Program-made: the position numbers and the translations under genes | Shown: piece after piece, positions 28,609 through 37,902 of the stretch | Numbering within the stretch: the stretch's first letter is position 1 | Layout of the letters: the number at the start of each line of letters is the position of its first letter | Notes under the pieces: generated by a model | What the model was told of the DNA's origin: nothing | Database searches by the model: none | Seen by the model: the letters and a program-made list of their open reading frames with translations, nothing else | From: an uncultured delta proteobacterium | GTDB lineage: Bacteria > Myxococcota_A > Polyangia > Polyangiales > Polyangiaceae | Reading direction: 5' to 3' | Assembly (NCBI GenBank): GCA_963716725.1 | Contig: CAVQUB010000013.1 | Coordinates: 160,001 to 224,000, forward strand | Length of the DNA stretch: 64,000 bases

Positions 28609-31539
28609 ATGGGGACCCGAAGGAGCGTCTGGACCCGGCTCGTCGCGATCGCAGTCGCGCTCGTCGCTTGCGGCGTGCTCGGGCAGACCGGCTGCGCAGC
28701 GGACGATTTGTCCGAGTACCTCGCCGCCGGCGAGTGCGAAGACGGCAAGTGCGCCCCCGGCTACGTCTGCGACACGACGCGCGCCGGGTTCCCCGGCGGA
28801 GTCTGCGTCAGGCAAGGCAGCGACGCCGGAGCCTGCGCCACGTGTGTCGCAGGCGAGCTCTGCTGCGACGACGCCTGCGTCGATCCAAAGTCCAGCTCTG
28901 CTCACTGTGGCGGTTGCGGCATGCCCTGTCCGGGCACGACCTGCGTCTCGTCCGAGTGCACCAACACCTGCAAGCTCGGCAGCCTGGACTGCGACGCGAA
29001 CGTCGTGAACGGCTGCGAGGTCGACGCCGCCAAGGATCCCGGGAACTGCGGCGCGTGCAAGACCGCGTGCAGCGCGCCGGTGAACGGAACAGCGGGCTGC
29101 GACCAAGGCAACTGTGCCCTCGTGTGCGAGACGGGCAAGGCCCTCTGCGACGTCACCTGCTTCGACACCGCGAGCGATCCGAACAACTGCGGCGGGTGCG
29201 CGGCAAACTGCCCCGAAGTGGATCACGGCGCTCGTACCTGCGGCGCGGGACAGTGCGGAGCGACTTGCGATCCAGACTTCACCGGCTGCGGCGACGACGG
29301 CTGCGTAAACACCGAGACCTCGGCGTCGCACTGCGGCGCCTGCGGCAGCATCTGCGACACGGGTCAGGTTTGCTACAAGAGCGCCTGCGGCGCGACCTGC
29401 AACGATCTCACCAAGTGCGGCGCTTCTTGCGTCGAGCCGCAGACGGACGTCGAGCATTGCGGCGCCTGTGGCAACGCCTGCCCCGCCCCGGCCAACGGAT
29501 TGCCGACCTGCACCGCCGGCAAGTGCGGCACGAGCTGCGACGCAGGCTTCACGCAGTGTGGCTTGCAGTGCGTCGATCCGAAAGCCGATCCGAACCACTG
29601 CGGAGGCTGCGGGAAGCCCTGCATCGCTCCCGCCAACGCAACCGCCACCTGCTCGGATTCGAGCTGCGGCTTCGTGTGCAGCGCGGGCTTCGCGAAATGC
29701 GGCGACAAGTGCGTCGACGTCCAGAACGACACGGCAAACTGCGGCGGGTGCGGCAATACCTGCCAAACGGGCGAGGTCTGCGCCGCGGGGGCCTGCGCGA
29801 CGAGCTGCCCCCCGGGCACCAAGCAGTGCGGGTCGGTGTGCGTGGACACCGCGACCGACGCGAGCAACTGCGGCGCGTGCGGCACGGCCTGCGCCGGCGT
29901 GGTGGACGGGAGCCCCAGCTGCAGCGCCGGCTCCTGCGACTACTCGTGCGATGCGGGCTTCACGAAGTGCAACGGAAAGTGTGTCAACACCACCAGCGAC
30001 AAGAGTCACTGTGGGGCATGCGGGAGCGCCTGTCCGCCCGCGCCGGTCGGCGGCGGCGTGGCCTGCGTCGCCTCCAAGTGCACGCCGAACTGCGGCGGAG
30101 GGCTGTCGCTCTGCGGAGAGCTCTGCGTCAACAAACAAGCGGACATCAACAACTGTGGCACCTGCGGCAACGTCTGTGGCTCCGGCAAGGTGTGCTCCAA
30201 CGGAGCATGCGGCTCCGCCTGTCCGAGCGAGACGACGAACTGCGGCGGGCAGTGCGTGGCCACGGACTCGGACGTGCTCCATTGCGGCGGCTGCGGGAAC
30301 GCATGCTCGGCTCCGCCGGGCGCTCAGGCCTTCTGCTCGGCGGGGCAGTGCGGCTTCAACTGCACCGGCGGCTTCATCGATTGCGCGGGGTCTTGCGTCG
30401 ACCCGACCAAGCTGCCCAACTGCGGCCAGTGCGGCAAGACCTGCACGCCCGCTCCGCCAAACGGCTTCCCGGTGTGCGGGTCGAACGGCTGCAGCTTTGA
30501 ATGCAACGCGGGCTACACCAGGTGCGGCTCCTCGTGTGTCAACACCCAGACCGACAACGCCAACTGCGGCGGTTGCGGGATCAAGTGCGGCGCCGGCAAG
30601 GTGTGTCAGGCGGGGCAGTGCGCGGCGGTGTGCACGTCGCCGCTGGTGAACTGCGGAGGGCACTGCGTGGACACCCAGACGAACCCGCAGCACTGCGGCA
30701 GCTGCGGGGTCCCCTGCCCGATCCGCCCGAACAGCACGGCGACGTGCATGAGCGGCGCCTGTGGCATCCAGTGCGACCCGCTCTGGGAGAACTGCAACGG
30801 CAACGCCGCAGACGGGTGTGAACAAGACGTCGGTGCGGATGTGGACAACTGCGGCGGCTGCGGCCGAATCTGCGGGACCGACAAGGTGCTGTCGCTGCAA
30901 TGCGCCAACGGGGCGTGCTCCTCGACGTGCCAGCTCGGGCGCAGCAACTGCAACCGGCCCAAGGCGCCCCTACCCGACGACGGCTGCGAAACAGAGCTGA
31001 AAGACGCGACCTGCGGCGGGTGCACGGCCAAATGCTCGCTGCAAGGCTTTGGCAACACCAAGCTGACCTGCGACCCCGATCCGAGCCCACCCATCGCCTG
31101 CGGGTGCACGACCGCCGCGCAGTGCTCGAACTCGGTCAACCCACTGCTGGAATCATGCGCGACCGGCGGTTTGTGCCGCTGTGGCGGCCTCACCTGCAAG
31201 CCCGGCGAGGTCTGCAAAGCGCTCGGGGCCGGAGGCACGGAGGTCACCTACGTGTGCGCTTGCAACGATGGCGCGGCGTGTTTGAGCCCCAATGCCACCT
31301 GCTGCCCGGGGGGCGGCTGTAAGCTCCTGAGCAGCAACGCGAATCACTGCGGCGCTTGCGGCCGGGACTGTCCGCCGGGCTTCAACTGCGCCGCGAGCAA
31401 ATGCAAGTGTTCGGGCGCCGCCTCCTGCGACATGGGCGGCACCGGCGTCTCGTGCGACAGTGGCGGTGGGGGATGCATCTGCGGCGCCGTGGCCTGCGCC
31501 GAAGGGAAACGCTGCTATCCCGGCAATGTGTGTCGCTGA
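28609..31539 (+). CDS. Large Cys-rich repeat lipoprotein, paralog 1
   Basis: Signal ending QTGC; about 17 C-V-D/N-x3-D-x2-(N/H)CGxCGxxC repeats (STIG1-like / myxobacterial Cys-rich repeats). Confidence 0.9.
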   Translation: MGTRRSVWTRLVAIAVALVACGVLGQTGCAADDLSEYLAAGECEDGKCAPGYVCDTTRAGFPGGVCVRQGSDAGACATCVAGELCCDDACVDPKSSSAHCGGCGMPCPGTTCVSSECTNTCKLGSLDCDANVVNGCEVDAAKDPGNCGACKTACSAPVNGTAGCDQGNCALVCETGKALCDVTCFDTASDPNNCGGCAANCPEVDHGARTCGAGQCGATCDPDFTGCGDDGCVNTETSASHCGACGSICDTGQVCYKSACGATCNDLTKCGASCVEPQTDVEHCGACGNACPAPANGLPTCTAGKCGTSCDAGFTQCGLQCVDPKADPNHCGGCGKPCIAPANATATCSDSSCGFVCSAGFAKCGDKCVDVQNDTANCGGCGNTCQTGEVCAAGACATSCPPGTKQCGSVCVDTATDASNCGACGTACAGVVDGSPSCSAGSCDYSCDAGFTKCNGKCVNTTSDKSHCGACGSACPPAPVGGGVACVASKCTPNCGGGLSLCGELCVNKQADINNCGTCGNVCGSGKVCSNGACGSACPSETTNCGGQCVATDSDVLHCGGCGNACSAPPGAQAFCSAGQCGFNCTGGFIDCAGSCVDPTKLPNCGQCGKTCTPAPPNGFPVCGSNGCSFECNAGYTRCGSSCVNTQTDNANCGGCGIKCGAGKVCQAGQCAAVCTSPLVNCGGHCVDTQTNPQHCGSCGVPCPIRPNSTATCMSGACGIQCDPLWENCNGNAADGCEQDVGADVDNCGGCGRICGTDKVLSLQCANGACSSTCQLGRSNCNRPKAPLPDDGCETELKDATCGGCTAKCSLQGFGNTKLTCDPDPSPPIACGCTTAAQCSNSVNPLLESCATGGLCRCGGLTCKPGEVCKALGAGGTEVTYVCACNDGAACLSPNATCCPGGGCKLLSSNANHCGACGRDCPPGFNCAASKCKCSGAASCDMGGTGVSCDSGGGGCICGAVACAEGKRCYPGNVCR

Positions 31540-31552
31540 GGGACCGGAATCC

Positions 31553-34500
31553 ATGAAACAGCGTCGACGACCTCTGTACCGGCTCCTCGCGGCCCTAATC
31601 AGCACCTTGGGTCCGGCCGTGGCGGCTCAGACCGGCTGCGCGGCGGACGACCTCTCGGAGTACCTCGCGGGGGGCGAGTGCGACGACGGCAAGTGCGCTG
31701 ATGGATACGTCTGCGACAAGACGCGTTCCGGGTTTCCAAACGGCGTCTGTGTTCCTGGCGGTGGAGGCGATGCCGGACCCTGCTCCGCGTGCACCGCGGA
31801 GGAGATCTGCTGCGACGGCGCCTGCGCCAATCCGAAGACGAGCTCGGCGCACTGTGGCGGTTGCAACAAGCCTTGTCCGGGCACGACCTGCGTCTCGTCC
31901 GAATGCACCAACACCTGCAAGCTCGGCAGCCTGGACTGCGACGCGAACGTCGTGAACGGCTGTGAGGTCGACGCCGCCAAGGATCCGCTGAACTGCGGCT
32001 CCTGCAAGGCCGAGTGCAGCGCGCCGGTGAATGGTTCCGCTGCGTGTGACCTCGGCGCATGCGATCTGGTGTGCAAGGCAGGGCACGCGCTCTGCGACGT
32101 GACCTGCATCGACACCGCCAAAGACCCCGACAACTGTGGGGGCTGCGCCGCGGAGTGTCCCGCGGTCGACAACGGGGCCCGCACCTGCGCGACAGGCAAC
32201 TGCGGGGCGGCTTGCGATCCGGGCTTCACGAGCTGCGGCGACGACGGCTGCGTCAACACGCAGACGGCGCCCACCCACTGCGGGAGCTGCGGGACCATCT
32301 GCGACACCGGCGGGGTTTGCTACAAGGGAGGCTGCGGCACGAGCTGCAACGAGCTGACCCAGTGTGGCGCGGCCTGCGTCGATCCCCAGCACGACGTCCA
32401 GCACTGCGGCGCCTGTGGGAACGCCTGCCCCGCTCCGCCCAATGGCAAGGCCAGCTGCATCGGCGGCAAGTGCACCGGCACCTGCGATGCGGGCTTCACC
32501 CAATGCGGTTCGCTCTGCATCGACACCAAGACCGACCCGAATCACTGCGGCGGATGCAGCGCGGCTTGCACGGCTCCGTCCAACGCAACCGCCACCTGCT
32601 CGGCGTCGGGATGCGGCTTCGTCTGCGGGGCGGGTTTCATCAAATGCGGCGACAAGTGCCTGGATGTCCTGACCGACGCCGCGAACTGCGGGGGCTGCAG
32701 CAACGCTTGCAAAGCCGGCGAGGTGTGCGGCAGCGGCCAGTGCGCGAGCAGCTGCGCCTCGGGGACCACGCAGTGCGGCACGCAATGCGTGATCACCAAC
32801 ACCGACCCAACCAACTGCGGCGGATGCGGCACGGCCTGCTCGGGCGTCGAGAACGGGGCGCCGACCTGCAGTGGCGGAGCGTGCAACTTCACCTGCAACA
32901 GCGGCTTTGCCAAATGTGACGGCCAGTGCATCAACACCTCGAGTAACAAGGCTCACTGCGGCGGATGCGGCAGTGCTTGCCCGGCAGCGCCGGTCGGCGG
33001 GAACATGGCCTGCGTGGGCGGCTCGTGCACCCCCAGTTGCGGCAGCAGCCTGTCCCTCTGCGGTGGCGTCTGCGTCAACAAACAGAACGACAACAACAAC
33101 TGCGGTTCTTGCGGCAAGATCTGCGGATCTGGAAAGGTGTGCTCGAACGGCAGTTGCACGCTCGACTGCCCCACGGGCACCACCAACTGCGGCGGTCAGT
33201 GCGTGGCGACCGGCTCCGACCTGCTGCATTGCGGCAGTTGCGGTAACGCCTGCGGGGCGCCGCCGGGCGGGCAGGCGTCGTGCTCGGGGGGGAAGTGCGG
33301 CTTCAACTGCACCGGGGGACTCCTCGAGTGCGGCACCTCATGTGTCAACTCGAGCCAGCTGCCCAACTGCGGCGGGTGTGGAAACACCTGCCTTCCGGCG
33401 CCACCCAATGGATTCCCCATCTGCGTCGGCAGTGCCTGCAACTTCGACTGCATCGCGAGCCACACGAAGTGTGGCAACGCCTGCGTCAATACGCAGAACG
33501 ACAACAACAACTGCGGCGGATGCGCGATCGCCTGCGGGGGCGGCAAGGTCTGCCAGTCCGGACAGTGCACGACCGTGTGCACCTCGCCGGCGGTGAACTG
33601 CAACGGTCAGTGCGTGAACACCAGCACTGACCCCCAGCACTGCGGAGTCTGCGGCCATGCCTGCCCCTTCGGGCCCAACAGCAGCGCGCAGTGCGCGGCT
33701 GGGAAGTGCAGCTTGGCCTGCACCTCGCCCTGGCAAGACTGCAACCAGACTCCCAGCGACGGCTGCGAGGTGAACCCCGGCTCGGATGCCCTGAACTGCG
33801 GCGCTTGCGGACGTACTTGCAGCGACACCGACGTGATGAGCATCCAGTGCACAGGCGGGCTGTGCAAATCGTTCTGCCAGCTGGGCTACAGCAACTGCAA
33901 CTTCCCGACTCCAGGCACGAAAGAGGACGGTTGCGAGACCGCTCCGGGCGCCAGCCAGTGCGGGAGCTGCGGAGCGAACTGCACCCTGCAGGGGTACGGG
34001 AGCGAGAAGCTGGTGTGCGATCCCGGCACCACCCCTCTGGTCACCTGCGGTTGCAGCAAGGCCACCCAGTGCTCGCCGTCGGCAGCGAACAGCGAAGGCT
34101 GCCAGTCCGGTCTTTGCGTCTGCGGAAGCGCGACCTGCAAAGCGGGCGAAGTTTGCAAGCTGGTCGGCGTGCAGAGCGATGCCGGCACCGGTGGTACCAG
34201 CGGAACCGGGGGCACCAGCGGAACCGGGGGAACCAGCGGAACCGGGGGCACCAGCGGAACCGGGGGCTTCAGCGGAACCAGCGGAACCGGGGGCACCAGC
34301 GGAACCGGGGGAACCAGCGGAACCGGGGGAACCAGCGGAACCGGGGGCACCAGCGGCAACAGCTATATCTGCTCCTGCAACGGCGGCGAAGCGTGCCCGG
34401 AGACCCTTTGGGGCACCAACGTTTGCTGCCCGGGACTGGGATGCGTGGAGGTGGAGCAAGACGCACAGAATTGCGGAGCTTGCGGGCGCGGCTGCCCACC

Positions 34501-34660
34501 GGACTTCACCTGCTCGAACGCCCAATGCCGGTGCGCAGCGACCAGCTGCAACATGGGCGGGAACAACCCGGCGTGCAGCCCCGCCACCGGTCGCTGCTCG
34601 TGCAACGGTCAACTCTGCGCCGAGGGCGAGCGCTGCTTCCCCGGCGTTGGATGCCGCTGA
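31553..34660 (+). CDS. Large Cys-rich repeat lipoprotein, paralog 2
   Basis: ATG 31553, MKQRRRPL...AQTGC-AADDLSEYL; collinear with paralog 1; GGTSGT insertion near the C-terminus. Confidence 0.9.
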   Translation: MKQRRRPLYRLLAALISTLGPAVAAQTGCAADDLSEYLAGGECDDGKCADGYVCDKTRSGFPNGVCVPGGGGDAGPCSACTAEEICCDGACANPKTSSAHCGGCNKPCPGTTCVSSECTNTCKLGSLDCDANVVNGCEVDAAKDPLNCGSCKAECSAPVNGSAACDLGACDLVCKAGHALCDVTCIDTAKDPDNCGGCAAECPAVDNGARTCATGNCGAACDPGFTSCGDDGCVNTQTAPTHCGSCGTICDTGGVCYKGGCGTSCNELTQCGAACVDPQHDVQHCGACGNACPAPPNGKASCIGGKCTGTCDAGFTQCGSLCIDTKTDPNHCGGCSAACTAPSNATATCSASGCGFVCGAGFIKCGDKCLDVLTDAANCGGCSNACKAGEVCGSGQCASSCASGTTQCGTQCVITNTDPTNCGGCGTACSGVENGAPTCSGGACNFTCNSGFAKCDGQCINTSSNKAHCGGCGSACPAAPVGGNMACVGGSCTPSCGSSLSLCGGVCVNKQNDNNNCGSCGKICGSGKVCSNGSCTLDCPTGTTNCGGQCVATGSDLLHCGSCGNACGAPPGGQASCSGGKCGFNCTGGLLECGTSCVNSSQLPNCGGCGNTCLPAPPNGFPICVGSACNFDCIASHTKCGNACVNTQNDNNNCGGCAIACGGGKVCQSGQCTTVCTSPAVNCNGQCVNTSTDPQHCGVCGHACPFGPNSSAQCAAGKCSLACTSPWQDCNQTPSDGCEVNPGSDALNCGACGRTCSDTDVMSIQCTGGLCKSFCQLGYSNCNFPTPGTKEDGCETAPGASQCGSCGANCTLQGYGSEKLVCDPGTTPLVTCGCSKATQCSPSAANSEGCQSGLCVCGSATCKAGEVCKLVGVQSDAGTGGTSGTGGTSGTGGTSGTGGTSGTGGFSGTSGTGGTSGTGGTSGTGGTSGTGGTSGNSYICSCNGGEACPETLWGTNVCCPGLGCVEVEQDAQNCGACGRGCPPDFTCSNAQCRCAATSCNMGGNNPACSPATGRCSCNGQLCAEGERCFPGVGCR
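34184..34357. repeat. 18-bp coding repeat (GTGGTS) ~9 copies
   Basis: ggaaccggggg[c/a]accagc tandem inside paralog 2. Confidence 0.9.
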
Positions 34661-34768
34661 GATCTCGGGACGCCGCTGAAGGGCGGTAGGTGCGAGTGCG
34701 GAAACGTCGGCGGTCTCGTGGGTGCGCCGATTGAGCGCCGCGGACGGCGCGTGTTAGCCTGAGCTTCC

Positions 34769-37513
34769 GTGCCTCGATCTGCCTGGCGTCATCTGCTCGC
34801 CGTCCTCGTCGCGACTGCGCTCGGGAGCTGTGTCGTCGCCATCGACGACGTCCAGCCGGCGGGCAGCGGCGGCGCCGACGCCGGCACCGACGCCGACCCT
34901 TGCGCGAGCTGCAAATCCAACGAGACCTGCTGCGACGGCGCCTGCGTCGACACCACCGAGACCTCCGCTCACTGCGGCGGCTGCAACAAGCCTTGTCCGG
35001 GAACGACCTGCATTTCGTCAGAGTGCACCAACGACTGCAAGCTCGGGAGCGCGGATTGCGACGGCAACCTAGTGAACGGCTGTGAGGCCCAGGTCGCCAC
35101 CGATCCGAAGAACTGCGGCGCTTGCCAGGCCGAGTGCAGCGCGCCATCCGGGGGCAGCGCCAGCTGCGTCCAAGGCGTCTGCGCCCTGGAGTGCAACCCG
35201 GGTCGCAAGCTCTGCGACGTCACCTGCGTCGACGCCTCGATGGACCCAAGCAACTGCGGAGGCTGCGCGACCGAGTGCCCTCCGGTCACCAACGGCGCTC
35301 GCACCTGCGCGGCTGGCAAATGCGGAGCGGCCTGCGACGCCGGCTTCACTGCTTGCGGTTCCGACGGCTGCGTGAACACCAAGACCGAGCCGGTGCATTG
35401 CGGGAGCTGCGGCACCACCTGCGACACCGGCAACGTCTGCTACAAGGGCGCCTGCGGCTCGAGCTGCAACGAGCTCGTCCAATGCGGCGCATCGTGCGTC
35501 GACTCACAAACGGACCCGCAGCACTGCGGCGCCTGCGGCAACGCCTGCCCAACGCCGCAGAACGGCAAGCCGACGTGCACGGCCGGCAAGTGCGGAGGCT
35601 CATGCGACTCGAGCTTCACCCAGTGCGGCGCGCTCTGCATCGACACCAAGACCAACAACAACCACTGCGGGAGCTGTGGCAAGGTGTGCACGGCGCCGCC
35701 CAACTCGACCGCTACCTGCGCTGCCGGCGGCTGCGGCTTCGTGTGCGACGCCGGCTTCGCGAAGTGCGGCGGCAAATGCGTCGACACCAGCGGCGATCCC
35801 AACAACTGCGGCGCCTGCGGCACCACCTGCCCCGACGGCAAGGTCTGCGCCGCCGGCAAGTGTGCGACGGGCTGCCCGACGGGCACCACGCAGTGCAGCA
35901 CCGAGTGCGCCAACACGAAGACCAGCGCGACTCACTGCGGCGCCTGCGGCGTGGCCTGTCCGGGAGCGCCCAACGGCTCCCCAAGCTGTGCCGATGGAAA
36001 ATGCGCCCTCGCCTGCGATACGGGGTTTGCACCCTGCAATGGCGCGTGCCTGAACATTGGCGGTGACACGCTGAACTGCGGCGCGTGCGGCACGGTTTGC
36101 CCGGCCGCGCCGCCCGCTGGGTCCATGAGTTGCGTAGGGGGAGTCTGCAAGCCGAGCTGCAACGCGGGGCTAGCCCTTTGCGGCGGCGCCTGCGTCAACA
36201 AACAGACCGACAACAACCACTGCGGCGCGTGTGGCGCCGCCTGCGGCGCGGGCATGGTCTGTTCGAACGGCGCTTGCACGGTGAGTTGCCCGGCCGGCAC
36301 CACCAAGTGCGGCGGGCAGTGCGTGGCGACCGGTTCTGATCTGCTCCACTGCGGCGCGTGCAGCAACGTTTGCGCCGCGCCGGCCGGCGCACAGGCGTTT
36401 TGCTCGAATTCGACCTGCGGCTTCAACTGCACCGGTGGCCTGCTCAAGTGTGGCGGCTCCTGCGTCGATCCGACCAAGCTGCCGAACTGCGGCGGGTGCG
36501 GAGTCACTTGCCTGCCGGTACCGAACAACGCGTTCGCAACCTGCGCTTCCAGCAAGTGCAGCTTCGGATGCAACGCCGGGCTCACCAAGTGCAGCAACGC
36601 TTGCGTCAACACTCAGACCGACAAGAACAACTGCGGCGGGTGCGCGGTCGTGTGCGGCACCGGCAAGGTCTGTCAGGCGGGACAGTGCGTGATTTCGTGC
36701 ACGCCCCCGCTCTCGAACTGCGGCGGGCAGTGCGTGGACAATCAGACCAACCCGCAGCACTGCGGCGTCTGCAGCGGCGCGTGCCCCGCCGCTCCGCAAG
36801 GCACTGCCACCTGCGGCGGCGGCGTCTGCGGCTTCGTCTGCAACCCCAGCTACGCCGACTGCAACGGGGCGAAGGCCGACGGTTGCGAGATCAGCACCGG
36901 GCTCGACCCGCTACACTGCGGCGGTTGTGGTCGAGCGTGCAGCACCGCCAACGTGCTCTCGCTCGCTTGCAGCAACGGAACCTGCACGCCCTACTGCGCC
37001 TTTGGCTTCGACGACTGCAAGACGCCATCCACCGACGACGGCTGCGAGACGAAGACGATTGCGGACACCGCCAACTGCGGCACCTGTGCCAATGCCTGCG
37101 GGAACCTGAAGACCTGCGCGCTGGGGCAGTGCGGCTGCGGCGCAGACGCCGAGTGCGGCGTGGGCGGCGCCTGCAAGGCGGAGCACTGCTTCTGCGGCGG
37201 CGGCGCCTGCAATGCGGGCGAGGTGTGCGTGGGGCAGAAGTGCAGCTGCAACGGCGCCGAGCGTTGCGACACGGGCGCCACTTGCTGCAAAGCGGGCTGC
37301 CGCGACCTGAGCGCCGATCCCAAGAACTGCGGAGCCTGCGGACGAAACTGTCCCGACGGCTTCGCCTGTAGCAGTGGATCCTGCCTCTGCGGATCGGACG
37401 ACTCCTGCTCTCTGGGCAGCGAGGGCAAATGCAGCCCGGCCGGGAATTGCAGTTGCGGCACGGGGGACTGCCAGCCCGGAGAACGTTGCCTTCCCAATGG
37501 CAAGTGTGGCTGA
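34769..37513 (+). CDS. Large Cys-rich repeat lipoprotein, paralog 3
   Basis: Lipobox LGSC; collinear repeat array with paralogs 1 and 2; own TAGCCT element 8 nt upstream of GTG. Confidence 0.9.
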   Translation: MPRSAWRHLLAVLVATALGSCVVAIDDVQPAGSGGADAGTDADPCASCKSNETCCDGACVDTTETSAHCGGCNKPCPGTTCISSECTNDCKLGSADCDGNLVNGCEAQVATDPKNCGACQAECSAPSGGSASCVQGVCALECNPGRKLCDVTCVDASMDPSNCGGCATECPPVTNGARTCAAGKCGAACDAGFTACGSDGCVNTKTEPVHCGSCGTTCDTGNVCYKGACGSSCNELVQCGASCVDSQTDPQHCGACGNACPTPQNGKPTCTAGKCGGSCDSSFTQCGALCIDTKTNNNHCGSCGKVCTAPPNSTATCAAGGCGFVCDAGFAKCGGKCVDTSGDPNNCGACGTTCPDGKVCAAGKCATGCPTGTTQCSTECANTKTSATHCGACGVACPGAPNGSPSCADGKCALACDTGFAPCNGACLNIGGDTLNCGACGTVCPAAPPAGSMSCVGGVCKPSCNAGLALCGGACVNKQTDNNHCGACGAACGAGMVCSNGACTVSCPAGTTKCGGQCVATGSDLLHCGACSNVCAAPAGAQAFCSNSTCGFNCTGGLLKCGGSCVDPTKLPNCGGCGVTCLPVPNNAFATCASSKCSFGCNAGLTKCSNACVNTQTDKNNCGGCAVVCGTGKVCQAGQCVISCTPPLSNCGGQCVDNQTNPQHCGVCSGACPAAPQGTATCGGGVCGFVCNPSYADCNGAKADGCEISTGLDPLHCGGCGRACSTANVLSLACSNGTCTPYCAFGFDDCKTPSTDDGCETKTIADTANCGTCANACGNLKTCALGQCGCGADAECGVGGACKAEHCFCGGGACNAGEVCVGQKCSCNGAERCDTGATCCKAGCRDLSADPKNCGACGRNCPDGFACSSGSCLCGSDDSCSLGSEGKCSPAGNCSCGTGDCQPGERCLPNGKCG

Positions 37514-37901
37514 ACTGCGCTGGCTGGTGGCGGTCCTTTGCGTTGCGTGCGCCGAGGACGATTTGGCGGGTTCCCTGGCGCAGGGGCAGTGCGGCCCGGA
37601 GCAGGACTGCGCGGCGGGTTACGAGTGCAGTTCGCAGAACGAGTGCGTGCCGCTCTCGGACGCCGGTCCTGATTCGGCCTGCGGCACCTGTGCTCTTGGA
37701 TTCATCTGCTGCAACACTGCCTGCGTCGACAAGAACGCGGACCCGGCTCACTGCGGGAGCTGCTCGATCGCGTGTCCGGGCACCATCTGCCAGGCGGGCT
37801 CGTGCACGAACGACTGCCAACCGGGCTTGGCGAACTGCAACCTGAACGTGTTCGACGGCTGCGAAGCACCGGCCACGAGCTGCCCGCCCGACGCGGGCTG
37901 A
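37497..37901 (+). CDS. Short Cys-rich lipoprotein, paralog 4 (N-terminal module only)
   Basis: LVAVLCVAC-AEDDLAGSLAQGQC...HCGSCSIACPGTIC...CTNDCQPGLANCNLNVFDGCE matches the first ~150 aa of paralogs 1-3. Start is ATG 37497 or GTG 37506. Confidence 0.8.
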   Translation: MASVAELRWLVAVLCVACAEDDLAGSLAQGQCGPEQDCAAGYECSSQNECVPLSDAGPDSACGTCALGFICCNTACVDKNADPAHCGSCSIACPGTICQAGSCTNDCQPGLANCNLNVFDGCEAPATSCPPDAG

Positions 37902-37902
37902 T

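Noticed and set aside
28609..37901. Diversity-generating retroelement or multiheme cytochromes
   Set aside because: No reverse transcriptase and no adenine-specific TR/VR pair; the repeats are CxxC without the following His of CxxCH.
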